From Camelus dromedarius (Eukaryota), in assembly GCF_036321535.1 (NCBI RefSeq), contig NC_087437.1, positions 49,974,001 to 50,038,000 of the forward strand: a DNA stretch of 64,000 nucleotides. The letters run 5' to 3'. Below the pieces are notes generated by a model, which did no database searches, was not told the DNA's origin, and was given only the letters and a program-made list of their open reading frames with translations. The position numbers and the translations under genes are program-made. This document shows, piece after piece, positions 1-13,249 of this stretch (within the stretch, counting starts at the first letter, position 1; each line of letters begins with the position of its first letter).

Positions 1-482
1 CTATCACACTTAGAAAAAACTCAAAATTCTTTTACCACAGGCTACAAAACCCTGTGGTGATCTAGCCCTGGCCACCTCCCCACTGTCCCCCACCCCCACT
101 CTCCTGGCTCGCTGATCTCCAGCCCCACTGGGCTTCTCCTTGTCCCTCCCTCCTCAGGGCCGGAGTACTTGCTGTTCCTTTGCCAGTGGCATTTCCCCTC
201 ACTTCATCATGTCTCTGCTCATCCGCTCCCTCCTCTGAGAGGCCTGCCCTGACCCTCATCTAAAACAGCAGCGTCGTCCCCACCTCACTCCCACTGCATC
301 CTCCATTCCCCTCACCCCCTCACTTTATTCTTCAATAGGCTCATTGCTATTTTTTTAATATTTATATATCAATTTGTTTACCTCCATGAGGGCAGGGACT
401 TTATTCTGTATTTCTGGTTTTGCTGCAGTCTATATGCTGGGCACATTTTAGGTGTTCCATAAATGTTTGTTGAATGAATGAG
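1..482 (+). mobile_element. LINE-2 (L2a-like) 3' end fragment
   Basis: Contains L2 3' motifs 'ctccatgagggcagggactt' and 'gctgggcacat...aggtgttccataaatgtttgttgaatgaatga' (TGAA tail). Confidence 0.75.
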
Positions 483-769
483 GCAATCACTGAATGACTG
501 GATGGTAAATTTACAGTAGAACAAACCTCCACAGCAAAAAGGATGTATGGTAAAGAATAGCGGAATGAAGAAAAAAAGAATGGAAGAAATGAAAGAAAGA
601 AGAGAAAGAAGGAAAGAGAAGAATAGCTGAGTGAATTAGAAAATATAGACTTTCTCATCAAAATCCAGCCAGTGACTAACTTTTGCGGTGGCAGAGGAAT
701 TTCAAGAACTTGTTCTGGAGAGAGTCTGGCCCTTACAGCCGGACAGCCTTGCATCAGTTACTCAGTCTC

Positions 770-885
770 GTGTATCTCAGGTCTTTTAGCTCAAAAAGGG
801 AACAATAACTACCTTGCAGGTCTATTACGAGGATTAAATGAGATAATGTATATGAAGCCTATAGGCCAAGTGTCACTATTATTAT
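770..885 (+). mobile_element. MIR fragment
   Basis: 'aaaaagggaacaataactacct...ggattaaatgagataatgtatatgaag' matches the MIR core/3' part. Confidence 0.55.
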
Positions 886-1224
886 TTCCCAAAAGCCTCT
901 TTTATAGAGTTTCTTTAAATAGAAAAGTATCTTACTAGTTTTAACTGAAGGTCCTTTGGCCTGCTAATATATGAGAAAGTAATCAGCTCTTCATGAAACA
1001 CATGGTAATTACCACAGAAAGAAATATTTCAGATGATTGTTTTGAACTATCTAGATGAAAAAAACCCTCAGCATTCTGAGGATATAAATATATGACACAT
1101 GCCCTTTTCCAGTGATACTTTGACTTCCTGGAGATTTCTTAGCTTTCCAGGAGAAAGCTACATGAAGAATTGGGAATTATTAAATAACTTTGATTTTGAA
1201 AGAGGTTAAGGCTCTGAAGAACTT

Positions 1225-1366
1225 GTGAAAACAGTACAGCTTCCAAGTAACCCTCACCCAGCTTCCACCAACGATTATATCTTACATAACCATAGTATGG
1301 TCTCAAAACCCAGAAATTAACGCTGGTGCACCTCCACTAATTCAGATATAAACCTTACTTGAATTT
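1225..1366 (-). mobile_element. Old L1 (L1MC-like) 3' UTR fragment
   Basis: 'acagtacag...ccctcacccagcttcc...tacataaccatagta...aaaacccagaaattaac' resembles the reverse complement of an L1MC 3' end. Confidence 0.55.
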
Positions 1367-2477
1367 ATATGAAGGATTTTTTAATCTTAGGGTTAAGAGC
1401 TAATTAGAATCATATCTTGGATCCATTAATCAGGCAAATGAGACACACTTACATATTAGTGTATAAAAACCATAAATTACACAATTCCTTTCATTTTCAA
1501 AGAATTTTAGAATTTAAGAAGCTATTAGTTCCAACCTACCTAGAAGGCTGGTCTACTATTCTACAAAAGCAAAACACAAAGCCCTTCACAATTTCAAAGG
1601 GATGTAGACAAGAGAATCTCTGATTTTAATCTCCAAGGTCAAAGCCTTTCTTTCCCTGAAAAACTAATTCCTCCTTTTCTATCAGTTCTGGATACTGTTG
1701 TTCATTAGTATTGGAGGGGAAATAAAGTTGCGGGCAGGCCCAGAGTTTAAGAAGCATTTCAATTCCAGCTAGATGATTATTAGGGGAGAGATGTGTAGAA
1801 GACCCTAACACAGATAGAGGGAAGCCGTCCCTCGTGCCTAGGGAGGGCCTGCAAGTTCCACAGAAGGCATTGTCACTGTGCTCCCTCAGCCTGTGCAGGT
1901 GCAGAAGCCACCTGCAGCCGGTGGTGGACACACACAAGGAAATACATCCCAGCTGTCCCTCACCCAAACCACACTTTCCTTGTCCCAAAGCCTCCCCACC
2001 CACCACTTTTAGAAAGGATCCTTTAGAACAAGAAGACATCTCCTAGTTCTGACTGTAAACAAATTAGCATCAAGTTAAATTAGTCAATTTGACGGAGCAG
2101 AAAGAGGTTCAAAACTTTCTTCAAAGGAAAAAAATCTAAAAGTGAAAACACAAGATCAGCTACAGGTGAGATGCTGACCTGTTTTTGTTTGTTAACTAAA
2201 TGCTTTCTGCTTTTCTCTTTTGTGTAATCCCATCCCACAAAGTAGTTCACTTGGAATATCAAAATGTGGCTTTAAATATGCCAGGTTTGAGATGACCGAC
2301 TCTTCATAATTAGAGTGTCTTGGGACTGAGAATATAGCTTTTCATTTCGGGTCTACCATGGCTGAAATTTTGATTCTTTATAAGATTTTCACAAAGTGTG
2401 ATCTGTTGGTCTGGAGAATAAAATAGACAGAGCATGGCAAAATTATGTCCAGGTATTCTTTTCTTAATGAGCAGACA

Positions 2478-2690
2478 GAGAAAGAGCACAGAACTGGAAT
2501 CCGAGGACATGGGTTAAGGTCTAGCTCCACAATTTACCAAATGTGTAAACTTTGGGCAAATCTTACCCTGTTTTCTCATCCATAAAATGGGTTATTGTAA
2601 ATATATAGGGTTTGTTTGGAGACTAAAATGAGATTATAAATGTGAAAGTCCTTCACAAGGTATAGGAAAGAGCTCTACAGGTGTAAGTTA
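2478..2690 (+). mobile_element. MIR
   Basis: 'aaagagcacagaactggaatc...tttgggcaaat...ttttctcatccataaaatggg...aaatgaga' follows the MIR consensus order. Confidence 0.65.
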
Positions 2691-3980
2691 CTGATGCTAC
2701 ATCACCTGGAAGAAATACGTGGTCAAAAATCCTGTTTAAATCCATCAAAACATTTTTATAGCAGAACTTTGAATGTCATCATAATGATATGATTTAATAG
2801 ATAAGTTTCCCTTTTCCTTTTCTTTCCTTTTTTATTTCCTTTTCTCCCTTTTATCCTCTTTAACTGGAGAGTGTAAAGAATGTATAAAAGAGGGGATGGA
2901 AGTCATTTTTCTCATCAAGTTTTCCTTAAAGAAATCTTCGTAAAGTTTCTTTCCCAAAGTTTATGAAGTTCATGAAGTTTGTAGTGTTATTTTTCTCCTC
3001 ATGAACACTCTTTACAAAACTGTTCCCTGGGCCTTGCCATTGTGGAAAGTCTGGAGGGAAGACCTAAAGCCAGTCTGCAAGAGAGTTTTCCTAAGTCTTC
3101 ATGGTAATGAGAAAAATAACCATAACTTGGTGAGCTAAATTAATTAAATTTACATGACTGTCATTTATCCTGAGATTATGTCCTTCTTACATTATTTAGT
3201 GTAAAAATCCCCTTTCTCTTGTGAAATGATGGTGATAGTGGATGGCAACTGTTTTGTTTGTTTTCAATGTCCTTACTCTGCAAAATAAAAAGTTGGCTAC
3301 CCTACGTCAGGCCCCAATTATTTTTTGAAATTGGACTGGCCCCTGACATGCCAGTCTCTGGGAACCCTTGGCCTAGAAGGTTAATTGGAGATGGCAGGGA
3401 TGGCGGTGGGGAAGCCAGTTCAGCTGCCTGTGTTTTGCTCCCTTCCCCAGAGCCCGCGGGGCCCACTGCCCCACATCCGGGCTGTCGCCAGTCTCTGGCT
3501 GTGTATCTATGCCCCAGCCCCCCTGGCTCCTCATCCCTGTCCGCTCCACTCTCCCAGCCCCTCCTAGCTGGCGTCATCCTTCCAGACACAGCTCCCTAAG
3601 TTTGCCATGTTCAGTGACCCTGTGCTGACCCCGAGCCATGATACAAACTATGGGATTGTAATGAATCTCTAATTACCCACAGTACCTCCATGAGTCGTCA
3701 GCCCTGCTGCTGAGCTATATTCCTCACCAATTTGGTCATTACCAAGTACTCAGAATGCAGCCAAACTCTGTGCCCGGAAGCTGGAGCCCTCACAGTCTCT
3801 GCCAAATGAGGCTGGCTCTGCAGGTTTCTGGGAATGACAGGATGATTTCCTCCCTTGTTATGAATCAGAGAAGGAGTTTGCACATGAATCATTCAGCTCT
3901 GCGTGAGGACCTTGTCCTGACTTTGATTTATCCCAATAGGTCAGGCTGAGTAGATGCTCAGGAACTTAAGGGGTGTGTGT

Positions 3981-3998
3981 GGGGGGGGGGGGGGGGGG
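3981..3998. repeat. poly-G run (G18)
   Basis: Direct reading: 18 consecutive G preceded by (GT)4. Confidence 0.95.
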
Positions 3999-4159
3999 AC
4001 ATTTTTAACTTCATGGGATAATTCCAAAATTCCACATTTCATCCTCAAGCCAAAAAGAGATATTGTCTAGATTTAATAAAGTGACCCACAGCAGGTCTCG
4101 CTTGATTTTCCTGCAGAAGATGTCTTATCTTACCAGCCAGCCAAACAGCTTCATAATGA

Positions 4160-4345
4160 CAGTACTAATAGCTCCCACATGTGCCAGGCATTGTGTTCGA
4201 TGTTCTCTATCCATATTGTCTAATACTGAATAAAACAAGAATAAAACAAGTAACAAAGACATTTTGCCAACACGGGGACTGAGGCTTGGGTGGTTAAGTG
4301 ATGGTTAAGTTTCCAACTCATATAGCCAGAAAGCAGCAATTTGCC
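4160..4345 (-). mobile_element. MIR (degenerate)
   Basis: 'atgtgccaggcattgtg...gggactgaggctt...ggttaagt...tatagccagaaag' is the MIR reverse complement. Confidence 0.5.
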
Positions 4346-5687
4346 TTTCTCCAAGCACATGTTCTTTAGTATTCAATGTTTGCAACTGGAGAGAAATAAC
4401 TGGTCTCAAAGGGTAGATGGACTTTTAATTCATTATAGATTCTAGGTGAAGAATTACTTCTAGTATTCAAAATAACTCATAGAATTTTATTTTTTTTAGA
4501 TAAAATGAGATAATCAGCATGAAAATATTGACTTGAGAAAATTAGTAAAACACCTGAGGAAATTTTCTACTAACTCAAGAAATCAATTCAATTTAAATAT
4601 CCCTGGCACAAATACTAAATATTCTGTTCAGTATTTAAATATCCTCTTGCCTGTGTCAGGTGCTGGGGAAATAAGGATGAATAAGACAGTTCCTGACTTC
4701 AAGAAGCTAACAAAATCATTGTTGTTGTTGTTCTTATTTCCTGCTTAATGTAGTGTTAAAAGTTATATTTACAAAATACACAACCGAAAAATTTTTAGAA
4801 TAGATTACTTATATTTCTCTGGCTTTCTAAATGCAAAGCTTCTCATAGCATAAATGATGTCACACTGTTCAACTTATATGGGTGGAGAACGCTTATTGCT
4901 ACTTGATACTCAGGCTATGTCCAATAACCTGTGTGAAAAAAATTTTTTCAAGGAATAAATGTATGTGTTCAATGGTTGTGTCTTGAAAGGGAAATGAATA
5001 AGCCATAGGAAATGGTCATAAACTGTATTTCTGAAGTCAGCCTATTTTCCTTGCTTCAGGAGATGTTTTGAATATACAAGTATCTTGCAGTTTAATTAAT
5101 TTCTCAAATTTGCAGGTAATTTATAGTTTTTTTGTACAATAAAGCTTTGTGGTTAAGATAGTAATCCTCTGTTCTTGAGACTTATAGCCTTCTCCTATCT
5201 CCTGGAACAGGTCACAGAAAGTAACTTTCTTCTTAGGGAGTAATTTAATAATTAAAACCCACAGTTCCTAAACCCAGTCCCTGAATCATGCTATGTCTCA
5301 CCTCGTCAATAAACTAATATAGGAGGTTTGAGCTAGAAGGAAATTTGGAGATAGCTAACACTCTCATTTTATAGGTATAGAAAATGACTCACAGAGAAGT
5401 GAAGTGGCTTCAAAGATAAACTGGCATACATGATACTAGTGGGATATAAACACATTCTATCCAGGGTAAGAAGTTGGCATTACCCTACTTTTGAAGGTTT
5501 GTCCCTGCTGTAGTATTTCTTATATATCTCTGCAAAGTTGATTACAGTCTCACCTACCTAAAGGAAAGCCATTTCTTAGGTCAGTTAACATTTTAGAAAT
5601 ATGAGTCCAAGCAAAAGAATAATTTAGGACATGTCTACATAGATTGAATATAAAGTAGGGTTCCTAAGAGCTTTTAAGCATTACAGT

Positions 5688-5870
5688 AAATAATAATAGC
5701 TACCATTTACTGAGTATCTCTTACATGTCATATATATATGCCTTTCATATGTCATGTATTAGGCATCTTCACAATCCAGAATGTGTTATGAATCCCACTT
5801 TACAAAATAAACAAGTAACGTGCCAAGAGTCACACAGCTTATAAATAAAATCAGCTTCCATCTGCCTCTA
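5688..5870 (-). mobile_element. MIR
   Basis: 'aataatagctaccatttactgagtat...cccactttaca...aagtaacgtgccaagagtcacacagct' is the MIR reverse complement. Confidence 0.6.
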
Positions 5871-6704
5871 AAGCTCAGCACCCACCTCCCAAATGTGAAC
5901 CTAAATGCCAAAATCACAAGGGGAAAATTAGCCTCACCCCATTTTCAAAGCATGATAAAATGTTCGTAGCATGAATGTAAAGGCTGAAAGTTCAGACGAA
6001 ACATCCTTAACTTAAGTCTCTACCTACAAGGGGCTTCACCATGGATCACTGTGCCCTCTGTCTCACCACAGCCACCGAGCCAACAAAAGTATTCTCTACA
6101 GCTCAAGAAGGACGAAAGCATGAGTTACCCCTACAATCTTGCTTCCAGATCAGGTTTCAAGGAATAAGGAGTAAGCATTGAGCAGGGTGACCCCTCCAGG
6201 CAAGAATTTGCCTTTAGTAAGATTCTTGCCTGCTATTACTACGTTTCTACTTGACAGCTGGAGCCTAACTTCAGAAAATACTTATTATAATTCATACATA
6301 CAGCAAAGAGAGCTAAAGAGGATTGGCTGTTCCATTTTTAGTTCCTCAGCACTCACCTGGAGCTGAAGACAAGAGACAATGAGCCTTCCTACAACTCTGC
6401 TGGAAAAACAAAAGAACACAACTACATTGTTAAAGAAGTCAGGTAATTGTCTAGAAGCAGGCAGCAGACAGAAGTGAGCAATAGAACAGACGTGGGTGAA
6501 TTTTGTCCGAATCACACAGTTGCTTGAGAGGTTCTATAGGCTTCTGTGGATTTCCCTGCATAGTCCAGTACCTCGCACTCATCCTTAAATAACTTTTAAT
6601 GGAGAAATGGACACGTTTCTACATGTAAGGAAGGTCTGTTTGTGATAATAATAGTAGTGATAACAAAATGTGCATAAGATTTGCATGCTTCAAAGCTTTC
6701 CTAC

Positions 6705-6960
6705 ACAATATCATGGTATGCTTTAGCTTCTGGGCTCTAGAGTCAGATTTCCCAGTCTGGAATCCCAGCTCCATCACTTCCACCTGTGTGATCGTGGGTA
6801 CATTCCTGAACCTCCCGGGGCTGTCTCAGTTTCTTCTGCAACAATGGGATAATAATAACAATACCTATTTCTTGGAGTAATTGTGAGGATTAAATGAATT
6901 TACATGTGTAAAACACTTTGGAAGGTGCATGGTAAGTGTGCAATAGATGTTGTTCTTATG
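6705..6960 (+). mobile_element. MIR (near full length)
   Basis: 'gggctctagagtcaga...aatcccagctcc...ctcagtttctt...gggataataataacaatacct...ttgtgaggattaaatga'. Confidence 0.75.
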
Positions 6961-7574
6961 GTTTTTGTGTTTTGTTTTGTTTCAAATAGTCCTTTAACAA
7001 AGCTATGTACATGACTGTAACTCATTAAAAAAGTGTTTTTAAAAAAACAAAGCTATATTCATAGTGGAGCCAGGACTTGAACAATAGGGAAAAGAGACAC
7101 TTTGCATAGAATGTTTACCTTTTTTTAAGATATGCCCTATGTCATCTCCTGTGTCCTGGTGTAAGTCTGATAGTGAACACAGAGCAGAGCCAGGAGACTA
7201 TGGTTGCATTGGTAACACCCTCGTTTACTCCAGCATTTGGGAGTTGAGTTGTCAGTTAAGATCTCCTCAGTGAGGTCTTGGTGGAACCATCAGTCACAGT
7301 CCAGTTGCAAAATTAGAAGGAATTAATTTTGACATGCTTCCTGCCATTTGATATTTGCAGAGTGTTTGGTCATTCTAGTTACCCTCCACCCACCTGCTGG
7401 GACCTAGATAGATGAGAAGCTTTCCTTCTGCTGAACACATTTCCCATATTAAAGAAGTAATACAGAGTCAGTGATAAAACAGAACTCAAAGGAGTTTTTC
7501 ACCTTTTTCCTCAAATCCATCCCTATGATAAAAATTACAAAGTTGATTTGATCTTTGAAAGACTGACAGAAATG

Positions 7575-9825
7575 AGAGAATAATACATTATCTTATAACA
7601 CACTATAAGCAAGTGAAATTTATCCCAGGAATGCCAAGTAGATTTAATATGTAAAATCTATCAATATAATATGCAGTACTAACATAATAAAAAATCATAT
7701 GAATATTCCAAATAGATATAGAAAAAAAGCATTTGATAAAATTCAACATTCATTCATGATGCAGACTCTCAGTAAACTGGAAATCAAAGGTAACTTCCTC
7801 AATCTAATAAAGGGTATCTATGAAAAACGTCAACATACTTAATGATAAAATTTTGAAGTCTACTTCCTAAGATCAAGAGCAAAGCAAGGATATCCATTCT
7901 TAGCATTTGCATTAAAAACATTATAGTGGAGAGCCTGGAATTATAATAAGGCAAGAAAAAAAAAAAGGGCAAAGGGAGAAAAAACAAAGAAAAGAACTAA
8001 AATGGCCTTTATTTGCATACAGTATGATTGTATGTAGAAAATCCAATTAAAAATAAATTTCTAGCACTAATAAGTGAATTTAACGAGGTTGTAGGGTAGG
8101 AGTCAATATCTAAAAGAAAATGTATTTTTATGCTCTAGCAACAAACAATTGAAAATGAAATTTTTAAAATACCATTTGCTATAACATCAAAATTTTAAAA
8201 GTTTTAGGAATAAATATGACAAAATGTGCAAGAACTTTACACTGAAAACTATAAAGTTTTGCTGACAAAAGTAATTCAAATCAAGGAGAGATGCCATGTT
8301 CAAGGATCAGAAGCCCAGTGTTGTCAGATTACAACAGCAATCATAATCCCAGGAGCCACAGATGGAAATACAAAAAAACCCTAAAATATTGATGACAATG
8401 ATAAAAACAAAACAACAAAGTTTGAGGGCTTACTATGGTAGTAAGTGATTAAGAAAGTGTGGTATTGGCTTAAGGATAGACATATATATCAATGGAGTAG
8501 AATAGAAAGTCCAAAAATAGACCACCATTAACTGTGGTCAATTGATTTTCATCAAAGACAGCAAGATAATTCAATAGGGAGAGAAAAGTCTTTTCAATAA
8601 ATAGTGTTGGAACAACATGATATCCTTGTGGAGAAAAAAATGAAACTTGATCCTCTATCTCATGCCATGAAAAAAATAATTTCAAGATAAGTCATAAATC
8701 TAGATGTGAAAGCCAAAATTATACATGTGATAGAACACACAGGGGAATATGCTGATAATCGTGGAGTAAGTACAAAGATTTCTAAGGACACAAAAAGCAC
8801 TAATTCACAATTTTATAAATTGAACATTGCCAAAATTAAAAACCTCTGCATATCAAAAGACACAATTCAGAAAATAAAAAGACAAACCACAAACTAGGAG
8901 AATATATTTACAATTTATACTTGTGACAAAGAACTTGTATCCAGAAAATAAAAAGAACTACCAGTTAATAGAAAAAAGAGACCAAATTTACAAATGTGCA
9001 AAAAAGCTTTAATAGATCTTCACAAAAAAGTATACAAATAACAAGTATGCTCATGAAAAGATGCTTAAGGAAGCTCATTGTTAGAGAAATACAAGTTAAA
9101 GCCATAATGAGATATCACTAAATACCCACTTTAATGGTTAAAATTGAAAAACCTGACAATAAGAAACATTAGCAAAAAAGGCGATGCACAAGAACTCTCC
9201 TATATTGCTGGTGGAATGTAAAATCCTAAGACCATCATGGAAAATAGTATGGCAATTTCTGATCAAATTTATCATTCACCTATCCAATGACCCAGCAATT
9301 CTTCTCTCAGCAATTTATACAAGAAAAATGAAAACACGCGTCCACAGAGACTTGCACAAGAGTGTTCACAACAGCTCTATTTTTAATAGCCCAAAGTGGA
9401 AACAATGGAAATGTCCATTAACAGGAGAAGGGAAAAATAAACTGTGGAATATCCATACAATGGAATATTACTCAGCAATAAAAAGTAACAAACCATTGAT
9501 ACATGCAGCAACATGGAGGAATCCTAAAAAAAAAAAAAAAGTTTGAGAAAAACAATCCAAACTCAAAAGTCTACAAACAGTACAATTCCCTTTATATGAA
9601 ATTCAATAGCAAATAAGACTACTCTATGGTAGAAATCAGAATAGAAAATGTTTCTTATAGATAGAGGGCAGAATTCCCTGTTACATGGCATGAAAGAACT
9701 TTCTGCAGTGATGAAAATATTCTCTCTTTATAGGTGTTGGTTACATAGGTGTACATTTATTAAAATTCTCCTATATGCATTTACTACATATAAATTATAC
9801 CCCAATAAAAAAATTAAAAATAAGC
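7575..9825 (+). mobile_element. Old LINE-1 (L1M), ORF2 RT region through 3' UTR, heavily decayed
   Basis: Remnants of the ORF2 motifs FIPGMQ (~7620), EKAFDKIQH (~7720) and LFADDM (~8010). ORF 9184-9546 has 'DPAILL...KWKQWKCP...[14 protein letters not shown]'. The 3' end is 'taaattataccccaataaa' plus an A tail. Confidence 0.9.
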
Positions 9826-10039
9826 AAAAATGACAAATCCTAGGGGAAAAAATGACAAATCCTAACCCAACAGTTACTCAAAGTGTGAATTGTTCTAAAA
9901 TAATGGGGAAAATAAATCAGCAGTTCAAAATCCTCTCAAACACAAACTACCAGTCTCTTTCCAAATACAGAACAACTGGGTTGCAATGGAGACATTGTGA
10001 CAAGGACAGATCAGGCAGGACAACAAGAAAAAGTTAAAT

Positions 10040-10515
10040 AATAACCAAGCTCACCTTGAACTTAAATATAAAAACCCTAACTAAAATATTATTAAACCAA
10101 GTCTAGCAATTTTTAAAAAGAACTATCTCATAATAGTTTGAATGTAATGTGAGTTAAACATGGGAAAATCTCTTTTGAAATTCACTGTATTAACTGGTTA
10201 AAGAAAAATGCATGTGGTAATTTCAACAGGTGCAGATAAGAGGCATGGCCAAGGAACAAATAAAAAGTTGCTCAACTTTACTAGTAATAGAGAAATATAA
10301 GTTAAAACCACAATAAGATGTCATTTTACGAACATTGGTTTGCCTAAAATTAAAAATATCAAGGGTTGGCTAGAATGTGGAGCAAAGGAAGGTGTATACA
10401 GATGACAGAGTGTAAATTAATAGACTCATTGCAGAAAACAATCTGATATTTCCTACAGAAACGAACTCTTCCTTTGACCCAGCAATTCCATTCCTAAGTA
10501 CATACCAGAAAAAAA
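10040..10515 (+). mobile_element. Very old L1 ORF2 fragments (RT N-terminal piece joined to C-terminal piece)
   Basis: A KILNKIL...HMIIS.DAEK-like stretch (10070-10240), followed by 'ctagtaatagagaaat...aaaccacaataagatg' and 'tttgacccagcaattccattcct'. Confidence 0.65.
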
Positions 10516-12769
10516 AGAATGAACATGGCAGTTAGAAGTGGGTATGTGTTTTGAGATGAGTGGGAAGAGTTAGGTGTTTCAGCTAAGGGGGAAAAAGAGA
10601 CCCTCAGAGACAGCCATTGATAGGGTCTACTCATGCTCTGCCATTGGAAGAGGATGTCTTAACTATAAGGTTTGTGAGTATTTATGGTCCTATGTTTGGG
10701 GGTCAATGTAAGTGGTAAAAACAATCAGCAAAATTATTGCTTGCACTGGATAAATATATCAAGCTGTTTCCACCAGATTCTTTTAAACATCCTGTTAATA
10801 TAAAAATTCCTGTTCTGACTCTGTGTTTATCAAGCAGTCTCTCATTTCCCAAGTGTATCTGCCTATTCAAAGGGAATATGACAATCACCTAGGTTTTGAC
10901 TATTTCCAATTCCTGAGGATACTTTCTGGATAAATCCCAAAACTGGCCTCTGTGATTTGGTCTCTCATATACTCTGACTAGAGGGAGAGAATTTTATGCC
11001 AACCTGAATGATCTGGTTATACTTCTCATTGAATTTATAAAATAGGCATTCCAATTTGTATGACTCCTACATGTCCTGGAGTCAGTGTGAGTTCCTCCCT
11101 CTGGGTTGATCATCCTGGGACTAATTCACAAGCATGATCAATGTCTTCAACAGAGTCCAGATCCAGCTGTTGTTACGTTAGGTGACATTGCTATCTTACA
11201 TCCACTTTCCAGTCCTTTCTGTTGAGTCCCACACTGATTACATCAGTGTTCAATAGTAATGAAAATTAAAGGTTACAAGTTAAAACTATAATATATGAAG
11301 TCATTCCCGAAACTCCACAAATTTTGAGAAGTCAACTAGTTCTGTTTTATAAGTATATTCAAAAATTGATATGAAAAAGTGCTGAACCCAAAGATAAGCA
11401 CATTGTACACATCAACACTTGTGCTTTGAAGTTGATTTTATGGGAGAGTTAATGATTTTTTGAGAAAGTTTAAAACCTAACGGAGATAGACATTTCATGA
11501 CCAAGCTGACCAGTGGGCAAGCTAGCTACATACAGGTTTACCTAGTGATAATTTTGTTATGAGATGGTAAGTGGCAATGTAAATAGACACATAAAACCAG
11601 CTGGACCTGTTAAGACTTGAATGTGATAAGCATATTTTTCAACAACCATACCTTATACCTCTTTTGACCTTTTTTTCTCATCTGACATTTTTACCTATCA
11701 ATGAATAATGCCCAATCAGTGCTGCTTCTGGTCTATTAATTCTGCTTGACTCTCTTTGAAATTTTGGACAACATGCTTCTCAGGTGATTGCAATCTGAGT
11801 CAAGTAGAAAAAGAGGTTGTCAAGAGTTCCAGTGAGGTCCTAAGCCTAGGCACTAGGTTTCATGTGAGTCTGGTGCTGTCACTGCATCAATCAGCCCTGG
11901 AGCACATTGTTATTATCACACCCAGTCCTTCCCCACTGCAATCACAACAGGAGAGAGGAAAGCCTGCTCTTCACAAGGGACTGCAAGAAGCTTAATCCCT
12001 GTAACCTTGAGAAGTACCGAATGTCACAAGAGGGAGTTTCCCTGTGGCACATCTACATATCCTTTCCTCCCCCGCTCCTCCCCCTCCCTCTCCCAGGTCT
12101 TCATTCTTCTCAAACTGGAAGATAGTCATGAATGAGACTGTCTGGGCACAAGGATTTGGCTACAAGCCAAAAGGACAATCTAAAAGTACCACAGAAGTGA
12201 AGGAAAGGTATAATTTTGGACTGCTGCGGAAAAGAATGCAAAAATCCAGAGGAAGATCCCTCAGCTTCTGGGATGGTGTTCTTTGTGAATGAAAACTGAT
12301 CAGTGGCTTCAACTAGTGATCCCTACTGAACAAGGCCCATCTCTAGGCTATTATGGAGAAAGTAAAGTTTATCATCTCTGTTTGCCATTTCCATTTCCTG
12401 GCTTTCTTCCCTCTCCTGTTATAAGGACCTTTTCCCTAGGTCCACCAGAATCTACCTTTCCTGGTGACCAGACTGACCCTGGACGCATGTTGATGCTGCA
12501 AAAAATCGTCCGTATTATAATCGACACAAATGTTTAAGATCTGCTATACTTTACTGTGATGCTTTTTCTAAATGATTTGGATATGAATGGGGGATAGATA
12601 ACATGTCAACTCAGAGAAATGAAGCTTGATTAGTGAACATTGGCTCCTCTCAGTCTAGGCTCAGTTCCTCCTTAGTGGGTCTAGAACTAGATGTCATTTT
12701 CTCACGCGTTGGTGAGAATAGCATGTTGGACTAAGCTTATTTAAACCAGTAACAAATGCAGCAACTGCT

Positions 12770-12975
12770 GCTATCTACTAAGCACCTAACTACTCCACTG
12801 ACCAGATACTTTACATAACTCATCTTATCTGTCATCACATAAACAACATTAAATGGGTACTATTATTTCTATTTTACAGTTGAGAAAACCAACATAAGTA
12901 ATTCTAAGCAACTAAACATTAGAGCTAGTGAAGGGAAGAGCTGGACTTTGAAAGCCCTTGACCTCTCCACTCTAC
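12770..12975 (-). mobile_element. MIR
   Basis: 'ggtactattatttctattttacagttgagaaaac...gagctagtgaagggaagagctgga'. Confidence 0.55.
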
Positions 12976-13196
12976 AACAACATCCCAGTAAAGCAAAATC
13001 TTCAGTTAAATTCTAAAATTAAACCACTTAAACTAGATTTCCAATGTAGCAATAGAATACAACTGTAACACTGAAAGAGATGATTAGAACATATCTACCT
13101 GCTTTACCCACCTACCTCAAAGGATTAAAAAGCTTCTCCAAAAACATTTCTTCTCAGATCAAACTACTAGGCTAAATCTCTGTTTCACTGTTTCTA

Positions 13197-13211
13197 AATA
13201 TATATATACAA

Positions 13212-13246
<35 letters not shown>
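13197..13246. repeat. (TA)n(CA)n compound microsatellite
   Basis: Direct reading. Confidence 0.9.
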
Positions 13247-13249
13247 TTC

